Notes under the pieces: generated by a model | The model's input: only the letters and a program-made list of their open reading frames with translations | What the model was told of the DNA's origin: nothing | The model's database searches: none | Part shown: piece by piece, positions 26,320-38,105 of the stretch | Layout of the letters: each line of letters opens with the position of its first letter | How positions within the stretch are numbered: position 1 is the stretch's first letter | Assembly: GCA_040357565.1 (NCBI GenBank) | Contig: JBDODJ010000056.1 | Length of the DNA stretch: 64,000 bases | Reading direction: 5' to 3' (one strand) | From: Cercozoa sp. M6MM | Taxonomy: Eukaryota; Protista; Endomyxa: Ascetosporea | Program-made: the position numbers and the translations under genes

Positions 26320-29300
26320 ATGTGGCTGCGACGCGAAACACCAAAATCTCGTCGAAGACGACGCTCCAGCAGGAAGCACGCTGCTACAAGGTTTGAGAGG
26401 AAAAGTTTTTCGTCATGCAAAGTGCCGAACCCTGACTTTGATTCAACGACGAATCCAAACTGCCGGCAACCGAGATTTGCGTCTGAGGCTGCGCTGCGAA
26501 GAAAAAAAGAAGCTGCGTGGGATCCTCTGCGTTTCGATCGCGAGGAAAAGGAACGAAAGCGACGCGTTGAACTCGCGAAATTAAAAAAACGGAAGGAATA
26601 CGATGCGAAACGACGAGAGTGCGAACGGAAAGGAATTCTCGCTTCTTCGACGCTCACGCTCTCTCAGCATTCGCATGAACGTTACTTTAATGGCCAAGGG
26701 CCCGGTTCGGCCTCTTTTGGATTGGGAGGACGGTGTACTTGCCGCAAGCTTGGGCAGTTTGATGGGACTCGCCGAACTGGACGTATGCTCGTTGACGAAG
26801 CGCACCACAAGGAGTGCGTGTGTACATGCGGGCGTGAAGACGCATCTGCGAGTGTCAGCGGAAACGCGCAGTCTCGAAGCGGAGTCGTCACAGAAATTCC
26901 ATTGTTTCCACACATGAGATGGAAAGAAGGCTTTAGGTAAGTGAGTAATTTTCTCATGACTCGACCATCGGATGAAACCACATCGCTTCATGTATAGCTT
27001 GCAAGTGTGCTTGCCCGAGATTGACTGGACTCGTTGTTCAGCTGCCCGAATTCCTCCTGTTCTGGTAGGTTTATTTCACTTTTTAATTCATCCTCCCAGT
27101 CCAATATTTAGGTCTTGAGCAGTCTTGCCAAGCACCGAACAGTGCTAATACACTGCCTGACGATCTGTACTCGCACAAGCATGACCCCATACGACCACCT
27201 CTCCACCGCATTCAAATGGCAGGGTCCGGGGCAGTGTTCAGTGAAAGCGACGAGGCTTTCGCTGAAGGAACCATTTTTGAGCATGCAACGGAAGGAACGG
27301 GAAAACTCCGTATTCCTTTGAATGAAATTGAGGAGATTTTGCATCGCAAACCGCGCCAAAATCAAAAACGCAAAGCGTCGCAGTACGATCGTTTGTTCTG
27401 GTGCAACGCAGAGATACTGAATGGCAAGTGCATTCCGCTCCTCATCCCGCTGATGCGTGCCGCGCAACAAGAGGTCAGGCGAGAAGAACAAAAGACGAAA
27501 CTCCGCCACATAGACAGCACTGTTAAATTAGAGCAAGCCCCCGAAGCATTTGAAACGCGAAGCAAGCACTGGACGATGCGAGTCTCAGAGATGCTCAACA
27601 CTTCCCTCGACGACTTTCTGCATAGCAGACACATCGACGAGGACATTCGCAACCAAATCTATGCTTTCTTTCAGGTCGTTTCCAAGCATCACTTGCGAGG
27701 AATGCTCCGGAAGACGCCGGTCGTGGACATTGCGGAGCAAGATAAATCTGTGCATCTGCCTCTTTTGGCACAAGATTTCCTTCACACTATCTTTGAAAAG
27801 GTATACCATCGATTACCCGAATGATACGCACAGGGTGATTAGAAAGTTACTTGCCAGGTGTCGAATGAAGAAGTGGTTGCTTTCCTCGAGCTTCGTTTCC
27901 ATTTTGAAAAAGCCAAAGAGTTTGTCGATTCTTGCGACGCAGCTATTGCGAACTTGACAGAGGCACAAAACCAATGCGATCTTCTGCTTGCAGAAGCTGT
28001 GCAAAAAGGCGTTCAGCCCGTCTTGCGTGCGGTGCTCGCGTTGAACAATTTTGCGAACGTAAGCTGGTTCATACTGGAACTACAACCCTGTGGGAAGAGT
28101 CAGTTTGCTTGGTACTCAGATCAAGCAAAGCGGAAGACGCCGATCCAGCGCACTGTTTCTCCTACACTCAGTGCGATACTGGCTCGACAAACCTATCACT
28201 AGGCGCGCGGTAAGCTATGTTTCCTGCTTTATTACTTCTATCTAACTTACTTGGGTTCATGGCGCAGATTCGGGCTGTGCTGCGAACGTTGCTGCAGACC
28301 ACCGTGGGAAACAGTGAACTCCACAGTTTACTCCACAGCGACGACTACACGTGTTTGCGATCTTCTAGTTCTACTATCGCACAAACCCGCGCGGTGTCTG
28401 CGGGGTACACGAAACTTCAGGAACACCGCGACAGCTTGCACGAGGAGTTGGAAAAGTTTCACATGCAAGAGCTGCCATCCTTTTTAAAAACCGAGGTAAA
28501 GAATATCCAGCGTAGTATTTACTCGACGATAAACGTATTAAAACTGTAGTTCTTTATTATGATACGCTGCCATATATCGGCAGGTGACGGCGACTCAAGA
28601 CAAACTTCAACGCGCAGCTGACGCGGTTTGTGAAAGTCTAGTGAAGACAACGCGTCTGTTTGCCCAAGTGTGTCTGCTGTATCCACCGGCAAAGGACGTG
28701 TGCGCATTGGCGCGGCAACTCCTATTGCCTCCCGATCCTGGCAGCAAAGATAGAACTGGCATGCACACGGCAACGGAATATAACGACGACTTGGAAAATG
28801 ACCTCTGCGCCGCAAACACGAACAATAAAAGTGATGGAAAGAGAGGCGAACCAGAGTCACCGTCACCGGGAAGAAATTCAATGCAGAGGTCGTTTACAGT
28901 TGCTGCTTCGCCATCGGCCTATTCGTTATCGAGCAGCAAGACACAATCGCGCTCAGGCAGTGTTAGGAGCCGGAGCGCCCTAAAACCTGAAAACCTCACA
29001 AACAAAGATCTAGAAAACGACTTGGCCGTGATTGAAGCGGGTTGTCAAGTGCACGCTTGCATCGTTGACTTGCTGTGTCTCGTTGAGGTATAATCTATGC
29101 ACAAACACAAGAGTACCTGTCTTTGCGCCGGAAAGTATGGGTATGCATAGGAGACAAACAAGGCACTGGACAAGGGTGAAGCAAATGCGACCGGTCAAAA
29201 ACTCGATATTTACTGGAGCGAAGATGAAGTTCGTCAGTCGCGAGAGCTGTGGGATTCGGTGTCACGCGGCAGCTCGTGTGCGCAACCTGCCCCAGGAAAA

Positions 29301-29500
29301 GCAGCACTGACCGGTAACAGTGCGCTGTTCGCAGCCATTCGACCTCCAACACAAGCGAGAGCAAGAACGCGTACGGTGATGCGAACTCGGTCAAGAAAAC
29401 TACAGAAAGCAAAAAGTTGCTCACATTGCCTGCTGCGACACCGCGAGAAGCATTGCTCGCGGCTATTGCTTCGCGCAGAAAAGACTCAGACAAAGACTAG
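26320..29500 (+). CDS. Divergent formin (FH2)-like protein with C-terminal WH2-like motif(s)
   Basis: AFLELRFHFEK...VQPVLRAVLALNNFAN resembles the FH2 'L..vL.iGNfmN' helix; final exon TPREALLAAIASRRK; TAG at 29498-29500. Confidence 0.5.
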
Positions 29501-29713
29501 CGCTTGGCGCGTTTGGCGAACTCGCCATTAAAATAGATACGGATTAACTACCAACATCGCTGGAATGGCACAGAAAAAACTGTTTCACTTTTCCTCTTTC
29601 TATTTTTTTAAATTCAAAAAACTATCGATATTCAAAAGTAAAACTAACAGCTCTGTGCGCAGAAGTGTGTGTGGGCAGTTTCTACTGTGGTAAAGTGTGC
29701 GCCACAAGATAAT

Positions 29714-30331
29714 ATGTCACAGTTGGAGCTCTTGCTGGTGGCTGACGCATCCGGTGGTCTTTTGGGTTTCTCGTGGTTCTTTGTGATGTACGTACTTGCC
29801 ACATGGGTAGAGGCGATCAAACAGTTGATCCCGAGACCAGTACCGATTCAGGTGACAGCTGAGGAACAGGTATGTCATTTTGCGAGGCAGGTCAAGGGTC
29901 CTTGATTGTTTGTGTGTTTAGGCTCAGATCGACGCCAAACTAAGCGCACTTGAAACCTTGGGCGAAAGTTTCGTCTCCAGTCTTCGTCAACAGTCATCAT
30001 TCCACAACGCTGCTTCCGTATGCTTGTTTTTAGTTTGTGTCGTCTGTTTGATGCTTGCGGGAATAGCTTCGCAAATGGATCGAAGAACGCGCGCAGGTGG
30101 TTGAACACGGCACTGAAACCGCCGTAGTTTATTTAATGTTTCTTCTTGTTCGAGATACAGACGGATGTTTTGTTCCAACAGGGCTGTGATCCGATGCGTT
30201 TTGGCGATGAGGAGGTATGTATTCTCTCTCCTGCACGTACGTGCAATGTGCATACAATTTGCGCGCAACAGAGATACGACCAGCTTGCGCACCGACAGCA
30301 ACAGGCGCAAAAAGCTGCAGTGCGCAAGTGA
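29714..30331 (+). CDS. Small hypothetical protein with N-terminal hydrophobic segment
   Basis: MSQLELLLVADASGGLLGFSWFFVMYVLATW..., GT-AG introns at ~29870-29920 and ~30215-30271, stop at 30331. Confidence 0.4.
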
Positions 30332-30723
30332 GTGATGGCAAATTATGCTGCGCGGCCGGTCTTGCGATTGATTACAGTCGGCGCGAACTTCGTCACCGCA
30401 CAGTTCACTGCCAGCGCGCACGCAGGATTTCGTTCCGAGTCGCGTTGCGGGTTCGGTTCAGCTTCGTTTTAGTTAGTTATTTCAGTCTTCTAAGAACACT
30501 GAAGCTTGGCGACACGCGACGAAGCCGTCAAACGTGCGTCATTGGGGTGCGACGCGAGGTCGTTCACAACACGTCCACGCAGACTCCCTTAGAGCAGCTA
30601 AGACAAAAGAAAACCCGTTGAGCTTCGTTTTGTACTCACGTCGCACTAACAAGCCACCCAGTAGCGTCGATTTCGTTTGTTTAATTTAGTCGTCGCATAT
30701 ACCTGCATCGATGGACGACACTC

Positions 30724-30726
<3 letters not shown>

Positions 30727-30796
<70 letters not shown>
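30727..30796. repeat. Compound (CT)n(AT)n microsatellite
   Basis: Directly visible. Confidence 0.95.
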
Positions 30797-30992
30797 GTAG
30801 TAGTACGGTACGCGAGTTGCTTACTCTACCGAACGGAACGAACTTACGTTTGGTTTAAAATAATTTAAACCTAACTATAAGTTACCGTACGCGTACCGTC
30901 GGCCGTATACCGTATGTGATTTCATGTATAATAGGCACGGCACCGTTTGAAGGGTTGTCGCGCGTCGATCCGCGTCTACAGGGCGTGACTAC

Positions 30993-31071
30993 TCACTCAC
31001 TGTCAAGCGACGTGTCCGAGTCGTAAAAGGCGGTCATGTTGTTGACTTGTTGAAGTGCTAGTGCCAGTGCC

Positions 31072-31120
<49 letters not shown>

Positions 31121-31130
31121 NNNNNNNNNN

Positions 31131-31195
<65 letters not shown>

Positions 31196-33075
31196 CACAA
31201 TAAATGCACACACGAAAGTGCGTGCGAGAAAGCAAGTACGTGAGTTCCGCGATGTCCGCGCGATTGCGCTTGTGCCTGCACAGAGTACAGGCACATGCCA
31301 CACACAGCGCATATCCAACAAGAAGAAAACGGTACGGCAACATAAAGCTGTTCGGCGAGTGCAGTGCCCGGCAGCGACAGCTTCATCTCCCGTGCCTCGC
31401 TCAAGACCACGCCGAGGTCCTTTGTAAGGTCATACTTACTCCGGTTGTTAATCTTTGTACCTTGACAAAATGATCAATAGAGAACCCGGGATTGAAGTCA
31501 CCCTTGAGAATGCGCGGTCCTGGACACACATACAGCATCGCTGTGACTACAACGTTGTGATTACTGTACACAAGGCATAAAACACCAAGTACCGTAGTTG
31601 CTCAGGGACCAGCTGCCAGCAGCGCCACCTTCTGCACGAAGATATCAAGAGCATTCAAAACCCCAATCGACACTACCAATGGCGCGGAGAGCTTGTTCGA
31701 CATCGAGTCCCGCCTTGTGCGCTGTGTGCGTGTGTGTACTCCCCGATAAGTGCAAAGACGCAGCCCCAACACAGACAGGCGTGCGTGTACCGTAGAGCAG
31801 GGCCTCACACATGCCAATCATGCCAGTGGCGATGGCGATCTGGTTGACCGATTTGGCGTGCTGACCGGCACCCGCTGTTACAGGAGCAGACAACAATGAC
31901 CTGGCAGTCAACCAAGTCAAGGGGAGGTACCTTCGCCCATGTGGTTCGTGGTTTTCGCCATACAGTCAAACAGTGGTTGCAACGACAACTACACAATCAT
32001 TGTGCAAGGTGCTAGTGTACAAACAAGTTATGTATCTCTACCACGGTGTCCTTGTCACCCCCCGCGAACATTACCAGTCTGCAAGAAACGGTAAATGCAG
32101 TGGGGGGGGGGGGGTAAATGGTTAGCACTGTCCGTTGCGCGCACCAACGTCGCCGCCACTGCACGGCGCGTCCACCACTCGCACATTCTGGGAGAGGGTC
32201 AGAAACAGGGTGAACGGGGAAGGGAAGATAATAACAAATGAGAGTAGAAAAAAGACACGTGCTTAAGTCCAACAGCGGCCATTTCTTTCGCGAGCGACGG
32301 CTCGCTCGTTGTCATATCTGCGACCGGTTTTGGTCAAGACTACAGTACAACTCTCGTCTATTTGATTCTGCACTACAGTACCGACAAAAACGCCGCCCTT
32401 GTTTTTGAATCCTTCAAGCACTCCGTTCTCTTCCCTGCATAAGGTAAAGATACCGTGCATCAAATACAAGTATCCACGAAGAGACAGCGCACATGAAGAC
32501 ACGCCGCACGTCTGACGGATACCCAACAATGCTAAACACAACGTCGCTGTGCACAAGACACACCGTATGATGAGGACCAGCCAGTATGGAGAGTCGGGGG
32601 CCTGAGACCGCACCTGTTCTCTGCAACCTCTCGTGGCGAGTGGCAAAGACGCGCGCCGCGGTCCTCCAGTGGAGCACACTTGCTCAGTGTGCGACTGCCA
32701 ACAGACGCGACACTCAACGGGAATCATTTCTCTCAAAATGAGTTTTTGGGGTTTAGTGTCAACAGGAAAATGATGTACCTGTAAACTGAGACTGAGTAAC
32801 CACTTTCAATCAGATGTTGGCACATCCACCTGCCAGCAATTCATCAGTCTCAGTTTACAGTTTGACACAATTGATATGACAGTTTGACATAATGTTTTGC
32901 GTTAAATGGAGGAACTTACCGTCCCATAACACCAGTGCCTATCCAACCGAGCTTCTGCGAAAGAAAGTGTGACAACCGAATGAAAATGTCTGATATGATT
33001 TTATCATACCGTTGAATGGTCTACTTGCAAAAAGCGTGCTCCTTCGCGCACAAAACCTCCAACGCGAGTGCCCAT
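30993..33075 (-). CDS. 3-hydroxyisobutyrate dehydrogenase-like / 2-hydroxy-3-oxopropionate reductase family oxidoreductase
   Basis: [12 protein letters not shown]|[87 protein letters not shown]. Confidence 0.93.
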
Positions 33076-33558
33076 TGCTAAACAATGGTTGCGTATATCT
33101 TTCTCTGTAACGATACAGTAGCTCGATATTGTGAAGTTTTAGCTTTTGCGTCCGTCGTTTTTGCCTGACTCGGACAGAAGGGACCGTGAATGACTAAAAC
33201 GAAAAATAAAAAAAGCTGTGCTACAGGGTCTTTGCGGTCGTGCTACTATCACGAGTGCTTCAACTACCGCTCAGGAGACTGCTCCGTAGTACGGATACTC
33301 TCCCACCTCATTTCGTTTTTGTGTCATTTCTGTTTCACAAATAATTCTGTTTAAAATTGTCACTGACGCTTGACCTGTTCACTGTTGCTAACGCATGTTT
33401 TCTTTGCGCGCTGTTAGCCTCATTTTTGTGTGTTTGGGTGAAATTTGGGTCGAAACAAGCTTGTTTGAGTTTCAGGTTTGTGACCTGTGGAGATTCAGCG
33501 GATAAGGTTTTCACTTTTGCTTGATTGTAGATTAAAAAGGATACCCGAACACGAAAAC

Positions 33559-35197
33559 ATGACGTGTGAGTCAGCCACCATATATTCCATCACTTTTTGT
33601 TCGCCTTCTTGTAAGACACAATATTGTGTGCTTTCCTTGACGGCAGCAAACTTGCGCGAATTGACGTCGCTGCGTGAGATACGACAGCTTCGCGAGTCGC
33701 TGAAACGCCGTCGTCTTTTGATCGATAATGTGATTCGACAACTGGAGGTGCTCTCTTTTTTGTTTGTGTTTGTGTTTTCTGTTTTTTATGTTTTGCTCAT
33801 CTCGTCTGTCTGAATCCCTCAACTCAGCTGATGGAAGAGCAGCGGATACTGCTGGGCGATCCCGAAGTCGCTCGTTTGGCTCGTGGTGAGGGTGGTACTT
33901 TCGAGTGTTCGACTCCCTCGACGTGACGCTTTGCATTTGTGAGAATGGATGAGCAGGCATGCCGCCGTTGCCGTTGCTGGCAATGCGCGGCGTTGTTGAC
34001 GAGCTTGAGCGACCGATTCATCCGGTGAGCAAGAGTGACGACTCGGCTGGTACGATTTTTTGTTGTTGTGTATTAAACTACCATACCAAATATTCTGGGG
34101 TTGCTCGTACAAAAACAGTGCCTGCAAAACGCCGTCGTACAGGATCGTGGCGGAGTTCTTCCACACAGGTGTGCTTTTTTGTTTAGATTCAAGGAGCGAA
34201 GGAAACCGCATAACACTCCTTAATTTGTCTGGCACAGGACGCAGTGGCCGCGCTAGATCACGCGCTGGCCAAGGATCGCAACGAAGCGTACGCCGCCAAT
34301 CCCGTACCCTCCTTTTCGATCTATGTGTATCGTTTTTGGATTCTTAGTTGAGATATCAAGCAGACCTTTGACGTGTTGACACACCAGGACGTTGACGACG
34401 ACCTGCTGTCGGAGGACGTCGACGACTTCACCAGCACGCCTGCCATCACGCAGGAGTCGGTCCTGCAGGCTCTCAAGGCCGCCGATGCCACCACCGCTGA
34501 CACTGTATCGGGCCCGTCCCTAGCTGTGAGTGCACACCATAACTCTACACTATTTGTGTGTGTCTGTGTGATGGTAGGCACTAAACCCGCGAGAAGTCGG
34601 TGCCTACGTACTCAACCGCAGCACCCATGCTGACGACCCTGCTGTTGTAGCTTGTCATGTGTGTGTGTGTGTATGTGTGTGTATGTGTGTGTGTGTGTGT
34701 GTGTTTGTGTGTTTGTGTTTGTGTGTTTGTGTGTGTGATGTTCCCTATGTACATTGAGTGTGGATGATAGGTGCGTCAGCGCATTGCGCACATCCAGGTG
34801 ACCTCAGCGCAGGTCGCTGTCGTGCGCAACACGCTGAACGAACTCGCGATGCGCCAGGGCATCTACAAGATCGTCAAGTGCCGGCAACACCCCAGTTCCA
34901 ATAACTGCTGTACCCTTCCTGTGACGTATCGTCATACAAATCCTTTGTTGCAATAGTGCTTGGTATGTGTCTACTACGGCAGGTCACAAAGGAACACGCA
35001 CCTTCTACCGGCTTCTCACTGAGCAAGAGCAACAAGTGTTGGCGTCACTGCCGCGTACCGTCACTGGTCGCTCTGCTGGTACCTCATTCGCCAGAACCAC
35101 TATTCTTGTTAGTTGTACACGGTGTGTCACTTTTGGTAGCCGCGGCGACGATGACGTCACTCGCACTGTCACGTGCGCTCAAAGACGACACCTCTGA
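33559..35197 (+). CDS. Hypothetical multi-exon protein
   Basis: Chain of protein-like exons flanked by GT/AG, with an intronic (TG)n tract at ~34657-34737; no family recognised. Confidence 0.45.
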
Positions 35198-35492
35198 GGA
35201 CAGGTATAGGTGAAAGACGGCCGTGTGCTTGTTATGAATTGGTGTGAGTTGTGTGCAGTAAGCTGTCTGCGGACAGCACGAGCACGGCCTCGCCTGTGTC
35301 GCAATGAAACGCAAGCCTCCGCTCAGTCTATTTAAACTCGCGCGCCGACGGCACTCGCACAGCACGTCCGAATAGATTTACATCGGGTGACCCACCCACA
35401 TACCCAACAAACATCAATTCGATCGGATCGGGTTGCCTCACCTTCTCAAACACGCGTACGGTACTTGAGAGGCAACGCAACTCAGGCTGGTC

Positions 35493-35655
35493 TGCACCAA
35501 CATGAAGTCGACTTCGGTGTCTGGGGAACGTCAAAAGGGAAGTTGTATGGTCCTACCCTAAGCGGGCAGTAGACACGGCCATGCTCTTGTGACCCACCCC
35601 AGACGGTGCAGGGGAACTACATAGTTGGTTTCCTAGAAGACTCAACTAAGTAACT
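35493..35655 (+). mobile_element. Extremely 5'-truncated LINE copy C (3' UTR plus tail only) with 13-bp TSD
   Basis: Matches LINE 3' end at ~53877-54040; flanked by actcaggctggtc (35480-35492) and actcaggcaggtc (35656-35668), one mismatch. Confidence 0.9.
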
Positions 35656-36031
35656 ACTCAGGCAGGTCGAGTCAAGTTTATTCAAAGTGAGGCAATCAGC
35701 CGAAGACAAACAAAAGAAAACCCTCTTGCCTGCTAGAGCAATCGCATCGACGGAGTCGAGTGTGAATGGCCTGGAGAGCAAAATTGATTAAAAGCGCCGG
35801 GTGCCCGCAGTATACTGTAGCTTCATCTGAATTCAGTTCGGTCCGCGTTGTTGATTCTTTACCGTGCACCGTTGCACACTTTGCAAATCTAATGTGACGT
35901 GGCAAATGCCGGGGTTAGATGTGTCCGGAGACACCACCGAGTCATGTGCACACGTGCAAACCTCCTGGCTATTGTCGTTCTACTGAGTGGCTAAGGCTTG
36001 GATTCAATACAACTGCAGTGTGTTGGAATGA

Positions 36032-36159
36032 ATAGGATGGTGGTGTCCGAAGACACCGGGTCATGTGCACCGACCCTCGGGGTGCAGTCAGTGCACCGCT
36101 TGCACTTGCTCCACCTGCACACAGCATGCATGATAAGAGGAAGAAGTTTCCTCGGGAAA
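36032..36159 (-). repeat. Dispersed repeat copy 2 (inverted copy of 1-125); a short third copy of its end at ~35918-35953
   Basis: Direct sequence match. Confidence 0.9.
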
Positions 36160-37192
36160 GGGGCTCACAACCTACCTTGTTGGGAACGTTCGAACGGCAG
36201 AGACAAGCTTGACTTGAGGAGCGTCGACGTTGTTGTGCCGATGTGTCGGTCGGTCGCCGGACGTCGTGCCAAACGAGACCTCCTGCATTATGCGTCAATG
36301 AATCACATCCCTAACCCAGTGAGACGAACCATTACTTACCGATGTTGTCGACGCGAGACATACTGACCCTACATGCAGTCTTGGTAGGGCACCGTCCGTT
36401 CGCTTGTTTCGTTGATTTCGTTTCACTTCACTTCGCATCGCTGTACTTTCGTTGATTCGTTGGCGTGGGTTTCGTCGCTGCGATTGTTCTAGAACACCAC
36501 CCTGCTCACAAGGCAAACCACGCGACCGTAGTCAGAGGGTGATTGTAATACACACACACGCCCCCATCACAATTGCAAATGAAAGCTAGCATCTTTCTTA
36601 CCATGTCCCGTCTGGCGTCCAAGTGATTCTTCCGACAGGAACTTACGAGGAAGGATCACTTCCAGTTCCGTCAACGTTGCCGAAGTGTGCCGGCCGCAGG
36701 GAACCCCGCCCGGGTTCCCGACCCAGGCACCCGTCTTCTGATCCAACCCGTACCTTTTGTGACACATCGAATGCCGAGCCCGCCACCATTTTTGCCTTTT
36801 TCTCTCCTGCTGCCTTAGACTTACTTTAAGTACTCTCATCGCGTGCGGGCATGCACTGCATGCTTGCTCAGATGCAGTGCCGCTTCTAAGTCAATCCATA
36901 CACTTTACATTTCTTCTTGTTTTCCCCGCTTGGCGGCTTTTGCGGCGGTTTCGCGTGCCCTTCCCCCACGCCCAGCTGAGTTCGTAGCTGTGTAGAATTG
37001 AACGTGCACATTAGTGGATACTGGCGCATGACTAATTCCCCCTTGTAAGACTACCGGCAGACAGTAAGCCTGAGCCCTTTCAGTTGAAACAACTACCGCT
37101 CAGGAGACTTCGCCAATTTTCGTTGCTCTACACAGTATGTAAACGTGTCGTGCAATCCCTACATGCAAGTGGATATTGGCATATCGCTGCTC

Positions 37193-37918
37193 TCAGATTG
37201 ACTCGGAGGTGGATCCCGGAGTCGAAGGAGGACCAAGACGGTGCTCGCGCATGAAGCGCGCATACTCGCTGTAAGAAATCCGACCATCTCCGTTGATATC
37301 AACAGCACTCATAAGGCTCGCAAACACGGACTCTAAGTCATGTGCTTGTTGCCCAACAAGCCCCGGCCGGAGCAATAGTTCGCCTGCATGTACATTTTAA
37401 GTTTAACTTTACCCCAACTGCTAAGTTTACAGAAGCCAGCATATTTCGTACTTCATTTGGCTCAAGGTATCCGGAGTCATTCGTGTCATACAGTTGGAAA
37501 CTCAACTGCAGCAGTGCTTCGTCTTCTGCATTCAACAGCACTGACAAGCCAGTCGCGAACTACAGCACCCTGCTTTAAAACACGCCGACGGCTTATTTGG
37601 CAGCGCCACATCCGTAGATTACCTCACGAAAGTTGACACTGCCTCCATGACAAGTGTCAAAGACGCGAAACAGCTTATGAAGGAGTTGTTTTGAAGATAC
37701 GATGTCCTCTTTGTTGAATGGCTGGGGCAAAAAGAGAATTGCGCACTTTGTTCTCCGTACAACTGAAAGAGAGTCCGTTCTACCAAACGTGCTTAAGCGA
37801 CTGCAATGCCAGACGCACATATCCTTGCCGACGTGAAGATTGCTTGTGGCCCACTATGAATGATATCGTATTTTCTCAACTTTATTGACTGGGCCAGGCG
37901 AGGGCTGGTGGAAAACAT
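37193..37918 (-). CDS. EF-hand calcium-binding protein (calcineurin-B/NCS-like); may instead be the C-terminal part of the upstream pseudouridine synthase
   Basis: LFRVFDTCHGGSVNFRE|FATGLSVL, FQLYDTNDSGYLEPNE, VDINGDGRISYSEY; possible own ATG at 37918. Confidence 0.85.
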
Positions 37919-38105
37919 GTATGGTGGGTGGGGGGGGGGGATACAGCAGACACACTCGTGTCAGCATAGATTAGACCAATCTAAGAAGATTCAACGGATA
38001 CAGCAGAGTCTGTGACTTGTCGACAATTGACTGTCGTGTCCGCGCTGACAGCGTATCAGTGTCGTGTCAAAAGCATACGTTAGTAAAAACCGAACGGCAA
38101 CGTAA

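Noticed and set aside
32779-32860. C/D-box snoRNA or hammerhead reading (minus-strand CTGATGA..CTGA..GAAA inside a terminal stem)
   Set aside because: The enclosed sequence is a conserved coding exon ([16 protein letters not shown]); there is no terminal D box and the hammerhead stems do not form.
35260-35492. SINE head upstream of LINE copy C
   Set aside because: The TSD places the insertion's 5' boundary at 35493, so the upstream sequence is not part of it.
36309-36317. CCCTAACCC as a telomerase RNA template
   Set aside because: A 9-mer of this type is expected by chance in 64 kb, and it lies in an apparent minus-strand intron.
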